This document shows, one piece after another, positions 9,166 through 18,792 of a DNA stretch of 64,000 bases. Location: positions 1 through 64,000 of the forward strand of contig JAYODI010000001.1 in assembly GCA_038279365.1 (NCBI GenBank). The letters are read 5' to 3'. The notes under the pieces were generated by a model. That model searched no databases, was not told where the DNA came from, and was given only the letters and a program-made list of their open reading frames with translations. This DNA is from Candidatus Latescibacterota bacterium. GTDB taxonomy: Bacteria > Latescibacterota > UBA2968. A program made the position numbers and the translations under genes. The first letter of the stretch is position 1, and each line of letters opens with the position of its first letter.

Positions 9166-10752
9166 GTGGCAGCAACTTTTGAATTTGGGGCGGTGGTAGG
9201 GCAACCAGAAGCAGATTCTGCAGGTGTCAGTGTATTAAAAAAGGGTGGCAATGCGGTTGATGCGGCAGTAACGGCAGCCCTGTTGTCTGGTGTTGTGGCA
9301 CCTCAATCAACGGGCATTGGGGGCTACGGTGGATTTTTAACGGTTTGCATTGATGGTGAAGTTTCTTGTATCGATTTCAATACCGTTGCACCCAAAGCGG
9401 CACACTCCAAAATGTTTCAGGTGACTCGGTCTGATGGGCGATATGGGTCTTTGGTGCGCGATTATGCCAATGAGTTGGGGCATCTGGCTATTTCTGTGCC
9501 GGGTGTGCTTGCAGGTATGGATTTGGCGTTGGAAAAGTTTGGAACGATTTCTTTGGCCGATGCGCTCAAGCCTGCTATTCGAGCCTGTGAAAAAGGGTTT
9601 CGCATGTCGGCAAGTTTGGCAAGTGCAGTGGCCGAGAGCGAGACGCGTATTCGACAATTTCCTGAAACGGCCAAGCTGTTTTTGGTGGATGATGCGGTTC
9701 CCAAAAGTGGAGACCGGGGTGGCAACCCACACTTGGGTAAAATGCTGGCCCAAGTGGCCGAAAAAGGGGTGCGCGAATTTTATGAAGGGCGCACAGCGGA
9801 GCGCATTGTTAAATATATTGAAGAAAATGGCGGTATTTTGTCTAAAGAAGATTTGGCGTCTTACCAAGCCCGTGTGGTGGATCCCATTCATTCTATTTGT
9901 ATGGAATATGATGTGTATAGCCCGCCCTTGTGCAGTGCGGGGGTGAGTTTGGTGCAAATGTGTGCGTTGGCCGATGAAGCGGGTTTGGATATTTATGAGC
10001 GTGATGCATCTAAGTTGGCGCACGGAATGGTTGAAATTATTCGTGCCAGTTGGATGGATCGTTACCGTCATTTTGGCGATCCTCAAAAAATAAAGGTGCC
10101 GATGGATACGTTGATGTCTGATATCCATTTGGGGGCCACCTCCCGTGAGATTAACAAGCATATTGAAGAAGGCACACGTGGTCAATCGTTGTTGCGGCCC
10201 TTGTATACAGGTGGCACCACGCATATTTCTGCCATTGATGCACAACGCAATATGGCCTCTTTGACTTTTACACACGGGCCCAGTTTTGGTTCTTGTGTGA
10301 CCATTCCACGTATGGGGCTTTTGATGAATGGTGGGATGTCGCGTTTTGATCCGGGGTCTGGGTTGAAAAACTCTGTCGATGGTGGCAAGGCGCCGATTAC
10401 CAATATGTGCCCTGCTGTTATTTTACGCGAAGGTATACCATTTATGAGCATTGGCGCCTCCGGTGGCACACGGATTCCTTCGTCTATGTTTCAGGTGTTG
10501 GCACGACGCCTGGTTTTGGAGGAAGACGCCGAGTGGTCTATCTCGGCACCCCGTGTTCATTCAGAGGGCAATGAGTGGGTGCGCGTAGAAGAAGAGTTTG
10601 GCGAAGCAGCCCCTGCTTATCTAAAGTCGATAGGCTACGGTTTAAACAAAAAAGGGTCGGCGGCAGCCAATGTGCGTTTGATTGAAGTGACCGAAGAGGG
10701 TTTGTTGGCGGCATATGACCCCCGTATGAAGGCGAAGGAAAAAGGGTATTAA
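9166..10752 (+). CDS. ggt: Gamma-glutamyltransferase family protein (no signal peptide)
   Basis: GGNAVDAAV, TGIGGYGG, VPG, nucleophile Thr in GGTTHISAID, GASGGTRI, APRVH, DPR. Confidence 0.9.
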   Translation: MAATFEFGAVVGQPEADSAGVSVLKKGGNAVDAAVTAALLSGVVAPQSTGIGGYGGFLTVCIDGEVSCIDFNTVAPKAAHSKMFQVTRSDGRYGSLVRDYANELGHLAISVPGVLAGMDLALEKFGTISLADALKPAIRACEKGFRMSASLASAVAESETRIRQFPETAKLFLVDDAVPKSGDRGGNPHLGKMLAQVAEKGVREFYEGRTAERIVKYIEENGGILSKEDLASYQARVVDPIHSICMEYDVYSPPLCSAGVSLVQMCALADEAGLDIYERDASKLAHGMVEIIRASWMDRYRHFGDPQKIKVPMDTLMSDIHLGATSREINKHIEEGTRGQSLLRPLYTGGTTHISAIDAQRNMASLTFTHGPSFGSCVTIPRMGLLMNGGMSRFDPGSGLKNSVDGGKAPITNMCPAVILREGIPFMSIGASGGTRIPSSMFQVLARRLVLEEDAEWSISAPRVHSEGNEWVRVEEEFGEAAPAYLKSIGYGLNKKGSAAANVRLIEVTEEGLLAAYDPRMKAKEKGY

Positions 10753-10753
10753 A

Positions 10754-10854
10754 GGCAGGCAAATGGCAAAAGTGAAACGGCAAAAAGTGCGCGCCAAGAT
10801 TTGGTTTTGGTATGTTACATTTGCCGTTTGCCGTTTGCCGTTTGCCGTTTCACT
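10754..10854. repeat. Heptamer (TTTGCCG)x4 tandem repeat inside an inverted repeat
   Basis: TTTGCCG x4 at 10820-10847. AGTGAAACGGCAAA (10771-10784) is the exact reverse complement of TTTGCCGTTTCACT (10841-10854). Confidence 0.85.
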
Positions 10855-10871
10855 GATAATGGAGCGAGATT

Positions 10872-12038
10872 ATGGCATTTCGAGGCAAGTTGGTTGGTTC
10901 GGGTGAGGTGGTGACTGTAAAAGCAGAAGGCGACAAGATTGCGTCTATAGATGCAGGTGTTGTCGCAGAGGCTATTGGGGGTGACGATGTTTGGCTTGCG
11001 CCTGCTGTTTTTGATGTGCAGGTCAATGGAGTGGGAGGAATCAATTATAAGGCCAAAGATTTGACGGTTGAAAAGATTGCAGAGACCACCGATTGGATGT
11101 ACAAAACGGGCACAGGGATTTGGTGCCCTACAGTGACGACATCTTCGGCTGAAGATGCCATAAATGGTTTGGCACTGTTGGCCAAAGCGTGCGAAGAATC
11201 TGAAGCGGCGGGTGCTTCCTTTGCGGGTTTTCACGTAGAAGGGCCGTATATCGGCTCAGAAGATGGGCCACGCGGTGCACACCCTTTAGAACACGTGCGC
11301 GATCCCGATTGGGACGAGTTTCAACGTTATCAAGACGCCGCGGGTGGGCGCATTGTTATTTTTACGTTGGCACCCGAGCGCGATGGGGCTTTGGAATTTA
11401 TTGAGAAGGTTTCGGCAACGGGTGTGATTGTGTCCATTGGACATTCGGGCGCAAGTCGAGAGCGTATCAGAGAAGCCGTTTCGGCAGGTGCAAAGATGTC
11501 TACGCACTTGGGCAATGGCGCACACAATATGATTCATCGTCACGACAATTATATTTGGGAGCAGTTGGCCAGTGATGAATTATGGGCAGGTTTGATTCCC
11601 GATGGGTTCCATTTGCCCGATCCGGTACTTAAGAGTTTTTACCGCGCCAAAGGCAAAGAGCGCATTTGTTTGGTGAGCGATGTGGCCTCCATTGCTGGTT
11701 TGGAACCGGGCGTTTATGGTCGTGTGTCTGGGCTTGGGCAAAGTGAGTTGCACCCGAGTGGTTTGATTACGTTGGTGGGCACGCCTTATTTGGCCGGTGC
11801 TGGCCGCTTTTTAGATCGCGGTATTCCCAATACGGTGAAGGTGACCGATGCCACGCTTGCCGATGCCATTGATATGACGTCGATTAATCCATCACGTCTT
11901 TTGGGCGTAGATGATCGTTTGGGCTCGGTTGAGGTGGGCAAAGAAGCCAGTTTGACCCTGTTCCGCTGGAATGAAGGCGATGAAAAAATGGACATTGTCG
12001 CCACAGTTGTGCGCGGAAAGGTTGTGTATCAGGCTTAA
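10872..12038 (+). CDS. nagA: N-acetylglucosamine-6-phosphate deacetylase family amidohydrolase
   Basis: DVQVNG, HVEGPYI, GAHP, TLAPE, SIGHS, THLGN, DGFH, LVSD, LAG, NPS. Confidence 0.85.
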   Translation: MAFRGKLVGSGEVVTVKAEGDKIASIDAGVVAEAIGGDDVWLAPAVFDVQVNGVGGINYKAKDLTVEKIAETTDWMYKTGTGIWCPTVTTSSAEDAINGLALLAKACEESEAAGASFAGFHVEGPYIGSEDGPRGAHPLEHVRDPDWDEFQRYQDAAGGRIVIFTLAPERDGALEFIEKVSATGVIVSIGHSGASRERIREAVSAGAKMSTHLGNGAHNMIHRHDNYIWEQLASDELWAGLIPDGFHLPDPVLKSFYRAKGKERICLVSDVASIAGLEPGVYGRVSGLGQSELHPSGLITLVGTPYLAGAGRFLDRGIPNTVKVTDATLADAIDMTSINPSRLLGVDDRLGSVEVGKEASLTLFRWNEGDEKMDIVATVVRGKVVYQA

Positions 12039-12067
12039 GCAATAAAGCGCGATTATTTGTGTTATAA

Positions 12068-12122
12068 AAAGAAACCCACAACGGCTTCGCGATGGACCGC
12101 GATCGCCTTTGTGGGTTTCTTT
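12068..12122. terminator. Hairpin between convergent genes (probable bidirectional terminator)
   Basis: AAAGAAACCCACAA…TTGTGGGTTTCTTT inverted repeat. Confidence 0.6.
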
Positions 12123-12181
12123 GTGGATTATAATAAAAATTTATTTTTGTAAGCAGATGCTTTGATATAATAGATTGTGCG

Positions 12182-12211
12182 ATGAAAATCCTTTATCTAA
12201 AGGATTTTCAT
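12182..12211. repeat. Perfect AT-rich palindrome with 14-bp arms
   Basis: ATGAAAATCCTTTA-TC-TAAAGGATTTTCAT. Confidence 0.7.
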
Positions 12212-12255
12212 GAAAATTGAGGTTAAATAGTAATGTTTAATATGACAACTTAAAA

Positions 12256-12555
12256 TCACCGTCCCGCATATCGCTCTTTATTAAAGGCTATTTTTTGAGC
12301 AAAAGCTTCTTCTAAATCAATGTCATACATATTGGCCAAGTCACACAAATTCCAAACCACATCAAAAATTTCCATTCCCAGTTTTTGTTTGAGCTCCGCT
12401 TGATCTTCAGCCTTTCGAAATCCTTGAAGCTTCAGAACTTCCAACGCCGTTTCACCCACTTCGGTCATGAGGTACAACATGCGCTGCTCTGGGTTTTTGT
12501 CTTTAAATTTGGGCGCAAGCTCTTGGGCGTTTTTTTGTATGTCGCGAATGGTCAT
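12256..12555 (-). CDS. MazG-like nucleotide pyrophosphohydrolase
   Basis: LMTEVGE…EIFDVVWNLCDLANMYDIDLEEAF..K...N..R. Start ATG 12555 overlaps the upstream stop (ATGA), with an AAGGA SD. Confidence 0.8.
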   Translation of the reverse strand: MTIRDIQKNAQELAPKFKDKNPEQRMLYLMTEVGETALEVLKLQGFRKAEDQAELKQKLGMEIFDVVWNLCDLANMYDIDLEEAFAQKIAFNKERYAGR

Positions 12556-13334
12556 GGGTTTCCTTTTTGACAAGCCGCAATGATATCAGAAGAGTGTGTG
12601 GTGTAGCCAATGTTTATTTCTGTATCTATGACCGATGCACGTGAGAGGTCTAAGGTGTCGTATGTGTCGGACACTTCAATGGCGGTGGTGCAGTCACGAA
12701 TGAGAATGGGGTTGTAACCTCGGTCTTTCATGGCACGCATGCCATAGTCGCGAAAGGGTACACACATGTTGGCGGCAAAACCTACGTAAAACAAATGTAG
12801 AATTTGTTTGTGTTTTAATAGGCGGTGTAGTTGATCGCCGTTGAGTATAACGTGATCACCTGCTTTGGGTTCGGCTTCGGGAATGATACGGCGGTTTTTG
12901 ATGGTGTCTTCAAAAACTTGGTCGTGTGGGTCTTGAGGGCGTGCCCATTTTTTGTATGCACCCGTTTTAGATCGAAACTCTGAAGGCGGCCAATCGTCTT
13001 TGGGGGCAGGTGGACGACCAAAGAGTTCGTTGTCACTGGCAAACTGTGTCCAGGCGGCATAGCGTTTGGCGCAGTCAGGGCTGGGAGCGTGGATGACGGT
13101 AGCCCCAACAGATCGAAAGGCTTCGGCAACTGGATTGATGCGTTCTAATGTGATGTCTCTGCCACGGTTGAGATGTGTTGTGACATAATGATCACTCCAG
13201 ACATCCACTTGGATGAGTGCAATTTGATCTACGGGAAATTCAAAATGAAGGGTTTTGAGCTGAAAGTCTTTTTCATCTATGCGGGCTTTTCGGGTTAGAT
13301 GGTAATAACGCACGTCGAGTTCAATGTTTTTCAT
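12552..13334 (-). CDS. Isochorismatase / cysteine hydrolase family protein
   Basis: ALIQVDVW, GFAANMCV (Cys nucleophile), LIRDCT. Confidence 0.75.
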   Translation of the reverse strand: MKNIELDVRYYHLTRKARIDEKDFQLKTLHFEFPVDQIALIQVDVWSDHYVTTHLNRGRDITLERINPVAEAFRSVGATVIHAPSPDCAKRYAAWTQFASDNELFGRPPAPKDDWPPSEFRSKTGAYKKWARPQDPHDQVFEDTIKNRRIIPEAEPKAGDHVILNGDQLHRLLKHKQILHLFYVGFAANMCVPFRDYGMRAMKDRGYNPILIRDCTTAIEVSDTYDTLDLSRASVIDTEINIGYTTHSSDIIAACQKGNP

Positions 13335-13361
13335 GGTTAACCTTGTGTGAGTGTGGGTGGG

Positions 13362-14261
13362 TTACTGCACAGTTGGGCTTAACAAGCGGTCTGTTAAATA
13401 CTGGTGGAATGCATCGAGATCCGTCCAGTCGAGGGCCACATCCATGTGTTGGGCATGGTTATCGGGAAGGGTGATGCCTTCGTCTGTAATGCGAATGCCC
13501 AGGTTTTTCATGACGAGGTGTTGGGTTGTGTAGGCAAGGTAGACGGCAACCGTGTCAAAGAGAACAGAGCTGGCCACTTCAGGGTCGTGTGGTGTGTTTG
13601 TGGCCCAAATGCGATAGTTGTCCATGAGGGCTTTGAGTAAAGGGTCATTGGATTGACGGATGGCTTGATAGTGGTCACCCGTGAGTTTTACAAAGCTACA
13701 CGAATCTTGGGGTGTGATGGTCATCGATTTCCAGGGGGCGTTGAATACCTTTTGGCAGGCAGAGATGTCGTTTTTGACATTGGCTTCGGGGAATGAGCCT
13801 TCACCTTTGACACTTTTAAAAACACAGCCATGCATGCCCACAAAATGTGTGCGTTCGGCAATGGCGGGTTCTCGGTCGAGTGCTTCACCAATGTTGGGCA
13901 TCGGGCCCACACAAATGAGGGTGAGCGCTTCGGAAGCGTTCATAATGGTTTGGATAATGGCATCCACACCATCTTTGTACAGCGTTCCTGGGTAGTGATC
14001 TAAGTCGTAATCTGCAACCCAAGGGGCTTGGCGTGGGTTGGTATAAACGTGTTCTGTCACGCATCCGATACCCACGGGAATGTGTGTGCAGTTGGCCACT
14101 TCGAGGAGTTTACAAATAAGTTTGGTGCGATAGATGGTATCGTCGCGGTCGGTGGTGATGAGTTTGACATCGAGTTCGGGTGTTTTTAAGATTTGGGCCA
14201 AGGCCCAGGTGTCGTCAATGTCGCTGCCAATGTCGGTGTCAAAAATAACGGGAATGGGCAT
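13362..14261 (-). CDS. Nucleoside hydrolase (IU-NH family)
   Basis: DTDIGSDIDD, VGPMPNI, EAN, LFDTVAV. Confidence 0.85.
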   Translation of the reverse strand: MPIPVIFDTDIGSDIDDTWALAQILKTPELDVKLITTDRDDTIYRTKLICKLLEVANCTHIPVGIGCVTEHVYTNPRQAPWVADYDLDHYPGTLYKDGVDAIIQTIMNASEALTLICVGPMPNIGEALDREPAIAERTHFVGMHGCVFKSVKGEGSFPEANVKNDISACQKVFNAPWKSMTITPQDSCSFVKLTGDHYQAIRQSNDPLLKALMDNYRIWATNTPHDPEVASSVLFDTVAVYLAYTTQHLVMKNLGIRITDEGITLPDNHAQHMDVALDWTDLDAFHQYLTDRLLSPTVQ

Positions 14262-14654
14262 ATAATAGCTCCTGTAGGTTGTTTCTGGGTGTGGGGCGAT
14301 GGTTGTAAAATGGGTGGTGAGGATAGATTATGCAACACAAAAACGGGCTATCGATGTTGCGTTTGTGAGGTTTCGATTTTTATAGGGGCTTCATTTTGCT
14401 TGATGCCTGTTGTGTAAACGTTTTGTGCGCCTATTGGGATGTGGAAAATTTTTTAAAAAAGATGTCCCTTGTCGCCAAAATGTAACAATAGTGAGGTATT
14501 GTTAAGAGATGTCGTCCATTGATCCACGTCTTCAGCTTGTTTTGATTCATGGTCTATATTTCAAGTTATGATTACCGAAACGGAATGTGTGATGCCAGAA
14601 AGATATATGCCTGAAAAAGGCGATTAGAGCGTGCCAAAAAGGCAAGTGGAAAGT

Positions 14655-15432
14655 ACCACCCTCTATACCGTGTACGTTGCCCGAGGTTTTTGAGAATATC
14701 CAAAAGGGTGAACGCATTTTGTTTGACGACAATGCCATTGCAGGTGTGGTACGCCAGGTGAAGAAGAAAAAAATAGAAGTAGAGATTACACGTGCCAAAC
14801 CCACGGGGTCAAAATTAGGAGCCGATAAAGGCATCAATTTGCCAGACAGTTCACTTCATTTACCTGCTTTGTCTGAAACGGATCTGGAGACGTTGGATTT
14901 TGCTGTGAAACATGCAGATATGGTTGGGTTGTCTTTTTTAAGACAGGCAGAAGATGTGAAAACGTTGATTCATCATCTTGCTCAGCGCAAAGGCGAACAT
15001 TTGGGTATCTTGCTCAAAATTGAAAATCGACTGGCTTTTGAAAATCTTGGAGACATTCTGTTAACTGCGCTTACGTCGCCACCTATTGGTGTGATGGTTG
15101 CACGAGGTGATTTGGCAGCCGAGGTGGGGTTTGAGCGATTGGCTGAGGTTCAAGAACAAATTCTCTGGTTGTGTGAAGCTGCTCATATCCCTGTCATATG
15201 GGCAACACAAGTTTTGGAGCAATTGGCCAAAAAAGGTGTGCCCTCACGTGCCGAAGTAACCGATGCGGCCATGAGTGGCCGCGCAGAGTGTGTGATGTTG
15301 AACAAGGGGCCTTATGTGGTAGAAGCGGTGCACTTTCTCAATGATGTGCTCAAGCGCATGCAACGCCACCAAAGAAAAAAAAGAGCGATGCTGAGAAAGT
15401 TGTCTGTCTCATTGATTGGCAAAAAGAAATAA
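14655..15432 (+). pseudogene. pyk: Pyruvate kinase C-terminal fragment (N-terminal half absent)
   Basis: KGINLP, LSF, LKIE, MVARGDLAAE, WATQVLE, PSRAEVTDA and MLNKG are present. The N-terminal TxGP / RxNxxHG / DLxGPK motifs are absent, and the frame is closed by a TGA at 14590. Confidence 0.8.
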
Positions 15433-15533
15433 TTGTACGATAACGGCATTTTGGGGGTGTTGTTTCATCGGGCGATTTTTTTAAAAAATTTGGCATGGTT
15501 TAAATGCAGTCGTATGAGGGTAACAGAGCTGGG

Positions 15534-15585
15534 AGCCCCGCAGGGGCTTTTTCCTTGTAGCGAGGGGATTTATCCCCTCGCTACA
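15534..15585. repeat. REP-like double palindrome
   Basis: AGCCCC-GCA-GGGGCT followed by TGTAGCGAGGGGAT-TT-ATCCCCTCGCTACA (GTAG-footed stem). Confidence 0.6.
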
Positions 15586-15776
15586 GCCAGATGCTGCTAC
15601 CTGAGTTTTTGAACCACCCCAAAAGTTTCAAAAGACGTGACAAATCATTTGTCGCGTCTTTTTTTATGGGTGTGTGATTGTGTTGTGGTTGTGAGTCTGG
15701 CATACCGATTTATGTCAAAAATGCCTATATTATTGAGATTGCTGTTTGATTCGAATTGGTTTCTTTGGGTGGGTTT

Positions 15777-17945
15777 ATGGAACAACTTCGCGGCATTGTG
15801 GATCGCATTACTTTTCAAAATGAAGAAAATGGATATACGGTTGCCCGATTGCAAGTGGAAGGGCAACGGGGTGGCGAACCTGTGACCATTGTGGGGGAGA
15901 CGTTGTCGATGAACCCCGGTGAGTCGGTGGTGTTGGAGGGCGAGTGGACCACACACAAGCAGTTTGGCCAACAGTTCAAAATATCGTCGTATCAGATGAT
16001 ACACCCATCAACAGTGGAAGGGATGCGGCGCTATTTGGGATCTGGGTTGATCAAAGGTGTGGGGCCCGTGACAGCCAAGCGGATAGTGAATCATTTTGGC
16101 GAAGAGTCTTTGGCGGTGATCGAAAGTGATCCTGAGCGTTTGGCCGAGGTGGAAGGGTTGGGGCCTAAGCGCGCCAAGTTGATTGTGAAAGCATGGGCAG
16201 AACAACAAGAGATTCACAATGTGATGTTGTTTTTGCAGTCGCACGAAGTGGGCACGGGGTATGCGGTGAAGATCTGGAAAAAATATGGGCAAGAGGCAGT
16301 GTCGATGATCCAAGACAATCCATATCGTTTGGCAGTGGATGTGTGGGGCATTGGATTTTTAACGGCGGATCGCATTGCACAAAAGATGGGCGTTCCTGCC
16401 CACTCAGATAGGCGTATTCAGGCGGGGTTGCAACATGTGTTGCATGAGGCGGCAGATAAAGATGGGCATGTTTTTTTGGCTGAGGAAGAATTGATTGAGG
16501 CTTGTGCCCAAGCATTGGAAATACCTGTTGAAGCGGTTTCTCCGTGTATTGAACAATTGGCCGTTACAGAAACCATTGTGGTGAATGAAGGACGGGTGTA
16601 TTTGCCCCATTTGTATTATGCTGAAAAAGGCGCGGCCACACGGTGTTTTCAATTGTCACAAGTACAGCGCATTGAATTGGGAGATATCCCCAGTGAGATT
16701 GGGGCGATTGAATTACGTGACAATGTGACTTTTGCGCCTTTGCAGAAAAAGGCATTGGAGAAAGCGCTGTCGCACAATTTGCTGGTTTTAACAGGTGGGC
16801 CTGGTACGGGTAAAACAACGACCATTAAGGGGTTGATTGCCCTTATGGAGGCGCGGAAGAAGCGTATTGCTTTGGCGGCTCCAACGGGACGTGCGGCCAA
16901 GCGGATGTCTGAGGCCACGGGTTATGAGGCCAAAACCATTCATCGGTTGCTCAAATACAGCCCCAAAGAGAATGCATTTGAAAAGAACTTTGAAAATCCA
17001 CTGGAGATAGACGCCCTTATTGTCGATGAAGTATCTATGGTGGACACGGTACTGATGAACAGCCTGTTGCGGGCGGTGCCCATTAGTGCTTCGGTGGTTT
17101 TGGTGGGTGATACCGATCAGTTGCCTTCTGTTGGCGCGGGCAATGTGTTGCGCGATATTATTGCATCGGGCACGGTTGAGACGGTGGCGTTGAATGAAAT
17201 TTTTCGCCAGGCGCAAACCAGCCGCATCATTACCAATGCCCATGCCATTAATCAAGGGCATATGCCCGATATCTCCAATGCCCGAGATTCCGATTTTTTC
17301 TTTTTAGAGGCCGAAGACCCTGCGCTGGTGGTCGAAACGGTTTGTGGGCTTTGTGCGTCGCGTTTGCCCAAAACCTATGGTTTGAATGCCATTGACGACA
17401 TTCAGGTTTTGGCTCCGATGTATCGCGGTGAAACGGGTGCGATAAATTTGAATCGGGTTTTGCAAGAAAAACTTAATCCCAAAGGACAGGTGTTGCAGCG
17501 TGGTGGGGCGCAGTTTCGGGTGGGCGATAAGGTGATGCAGATCCGTAACAATTATGACAAAGACGTCTTCAATGGTGATATGGGGCGCATTTTGGCCATT
17601 GAAGAAGATATGGTGTCAGTCAACTTTCAAGATCGCCCCGTGATTTATGAGTTGTCAGAGTTGGACGAGTTGGTTTTGGCCTATGCGGTGAGTGTGCACA
17701 AAAGCCAAGGCGCCGAGTACAAAGCCGTGGTGATGCCCTTGACCACACAACACTATATGATGTTACAACGCAATTTGCTTTATACGGCCATTACGCGGGC
17801 AAAAGGTTTGGTGGTGCTTGTGGGCACCCAAAAAGCCTTGGGCATGGCCGTCAAGAACAATGTGGTTTCTCAGCGGCATACCACATTGGCAGAGCGTATT
17901 CGAGCCGGTATTGTTGATGAACCCAAATCCCAAACTTTGTTTTGA
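15777..17945 (+). CDS. recD2: ATP-dependent RecD-like DNA helicase
   Basis: YLGSGLIKGVGP HhH, NPY.L, Walker A GGPGTGKT, APTGRAA, DEVSM, GDTDQL, RQA, SVHKSQG, YTAITRA. Confidence 0.95.
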   Translation: MEQLRGIVDRITFQNEENGYTVARLQVEGQRGGEPVTIVGETLSMNPGESVVLEGEWTTHKQFGQQFKISSYQMIHPSTVEGMRRYLGSGLIKGVGPVTAKRIVNHFGEESLAVIESDPERLAEVEGLGPKRAKLIVKAWAEQQEIHNVMLFLQSHEVGTGYAVKIWKKYGQEAVSMIQDNPYRLAVDVWGIGFLTADRIAQKMGVPAHSDRRIQAGLQHVLHEAADKDGHVFLAEEELIEACAQALEIPVEAVSPCIEQLAVTETIVVNEGRVYLPHLYYAEKGAATRCFQLSQVQRIELGDIPSEIGAIELRDNVTFAPLQKKALEKALSHNLLVLTGGPGTGKTTTIKGLIALMEARKKRIALAAPTGRAAKRMSEATGYEAKTIHRLLKYSPKENAFEKNFENPLEIDALIVDEVSMVDTVLMNSLLRAVPISASVVLVGDTDQLPSVGAGNVLRDIIASGTVETVALNEIFRQAQTSRIITNAHAINQGHMPDISNARDSDFFFLEAEDPALVVETVCGLCASRLPKTYGLNAIDDIQVLAPMYRGETGAINLNRVLQEKLNPKGQVLQRGGAQFRVGDKVMQIRNNYDKDVFNGDMGRILAIEEDMVSVNFQDRPVIYELSELDELVLAYAVSVHKSQGAEYKAVVMPLTTQHYMMLQRNLLYTAITRAKGLVVLVGTQKALGMAVKNNVVSQRHTTLAERIRAGIVDEPKSQTLF

Positions 17946-17953
17946 GGTGTGAC

Positions 17954-18583
17954 GTGTTAGATGCCACAAAAAGACGATTGACTTATGCCCGATGGATGGG
18001 CGTTGTTTTTTGTTTGGGCATGATTGGGTTGGGTGATTTGTGGGCACAATCGGGCATTCGTAAAATCATGGAAAAAAGGTCCATGCCCGATCGGTTGGCC
18101 ACGCAGGTGATTGATAAAGCCTCCAATTTTTCAAGCCAAGAAATGCGTCTTATTGATACACGCAGTGTGATGAATGCATCTGGTGAAACCCGTTTGAGTC
18201 GGCGCAGTGAATGGTCGGGCACACAACTGGGGCAGTTAACCACACGATCTGAATATTCTCCAGCCAATATGCAGATGATACAAAAACGCTCTGAGCCAGA
18301 TGCCACATTCTTGGTTCAGGTTCAAAGATATGCGACGCCCGATGCACGGTTGCGCCAAAAAGATCAGGTGATTGATGTGTTGTTTTTGAAGGCGGCTCAA
18401 AAACAAAGTGAAATGAATGCCGAAGAAAAACGTCGTTTAAACAAGGCATCGGATCATTCAACGATTGTTTCTGAATTACAACGCAACTCTGTGGCCGTTG
18501 CTGGTTATAGCCGACTTTTGTCAAAACGCTCCATACCCGAAGCTACGTGGCAACGCTTGTTGCGCAATCGCTCTGTTGATTAA
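17954..18583 (+). CDS. Secreted hypothetical protein made of 14-aa tandem repeats
   Basis: GAGG SD then GTG 17954. Signal-like N-terminus (…LGDLWA). Periodic [ILM]x[KR][RA]S motif. Confidence 0.65.
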   Translation: MLDATKRRLTYARWMGVVFCLGMIGLGDLWAQSGIRKIMEKRSMPDRLATQVIDKASNFSSQEMRLIDTRSVMNASGETRLSRRSEWSGTQLGQLTTRSEYSPANMQMIQKRSEPDATFLVQVQRYATPDARLRQKDQVIDVLFLKAAQKQSEMNAEEKRRLNKASDHSTIVSELQRNSVAVAGYSRLLSKRSIPEATWQRLLRNRSVD

Positions 18584-18656
18584 TTTGTTACCCCTTCAGC
18601 TTTCCTAATGCTTGACAAATCCCTTCCTTATTCCTTACCCTATAGATCAATAACCA

Positions 18657-18771
18657 CAGTCACAAACAAAGACAGTCACAGGTCTACAAGTCGCAAGGCA
18701 AAACCATATCTGAACGACCTGTTTAGAATTTGACTGCTGACTTGTGATTTTCAGACTTGTGACCTGCGACT
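18657..18771. repeat. Degenerate heptamer inverted-repeat element
   Basis: AGTCACA/AGTCGCA units on the left; TGACTGC/TGACTTG/TGACCTG/CGACT units on the right. Confidence 0.55.
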
Positions 18772-18792
18772 ATTTTTTAAGGGACGTTCCCG

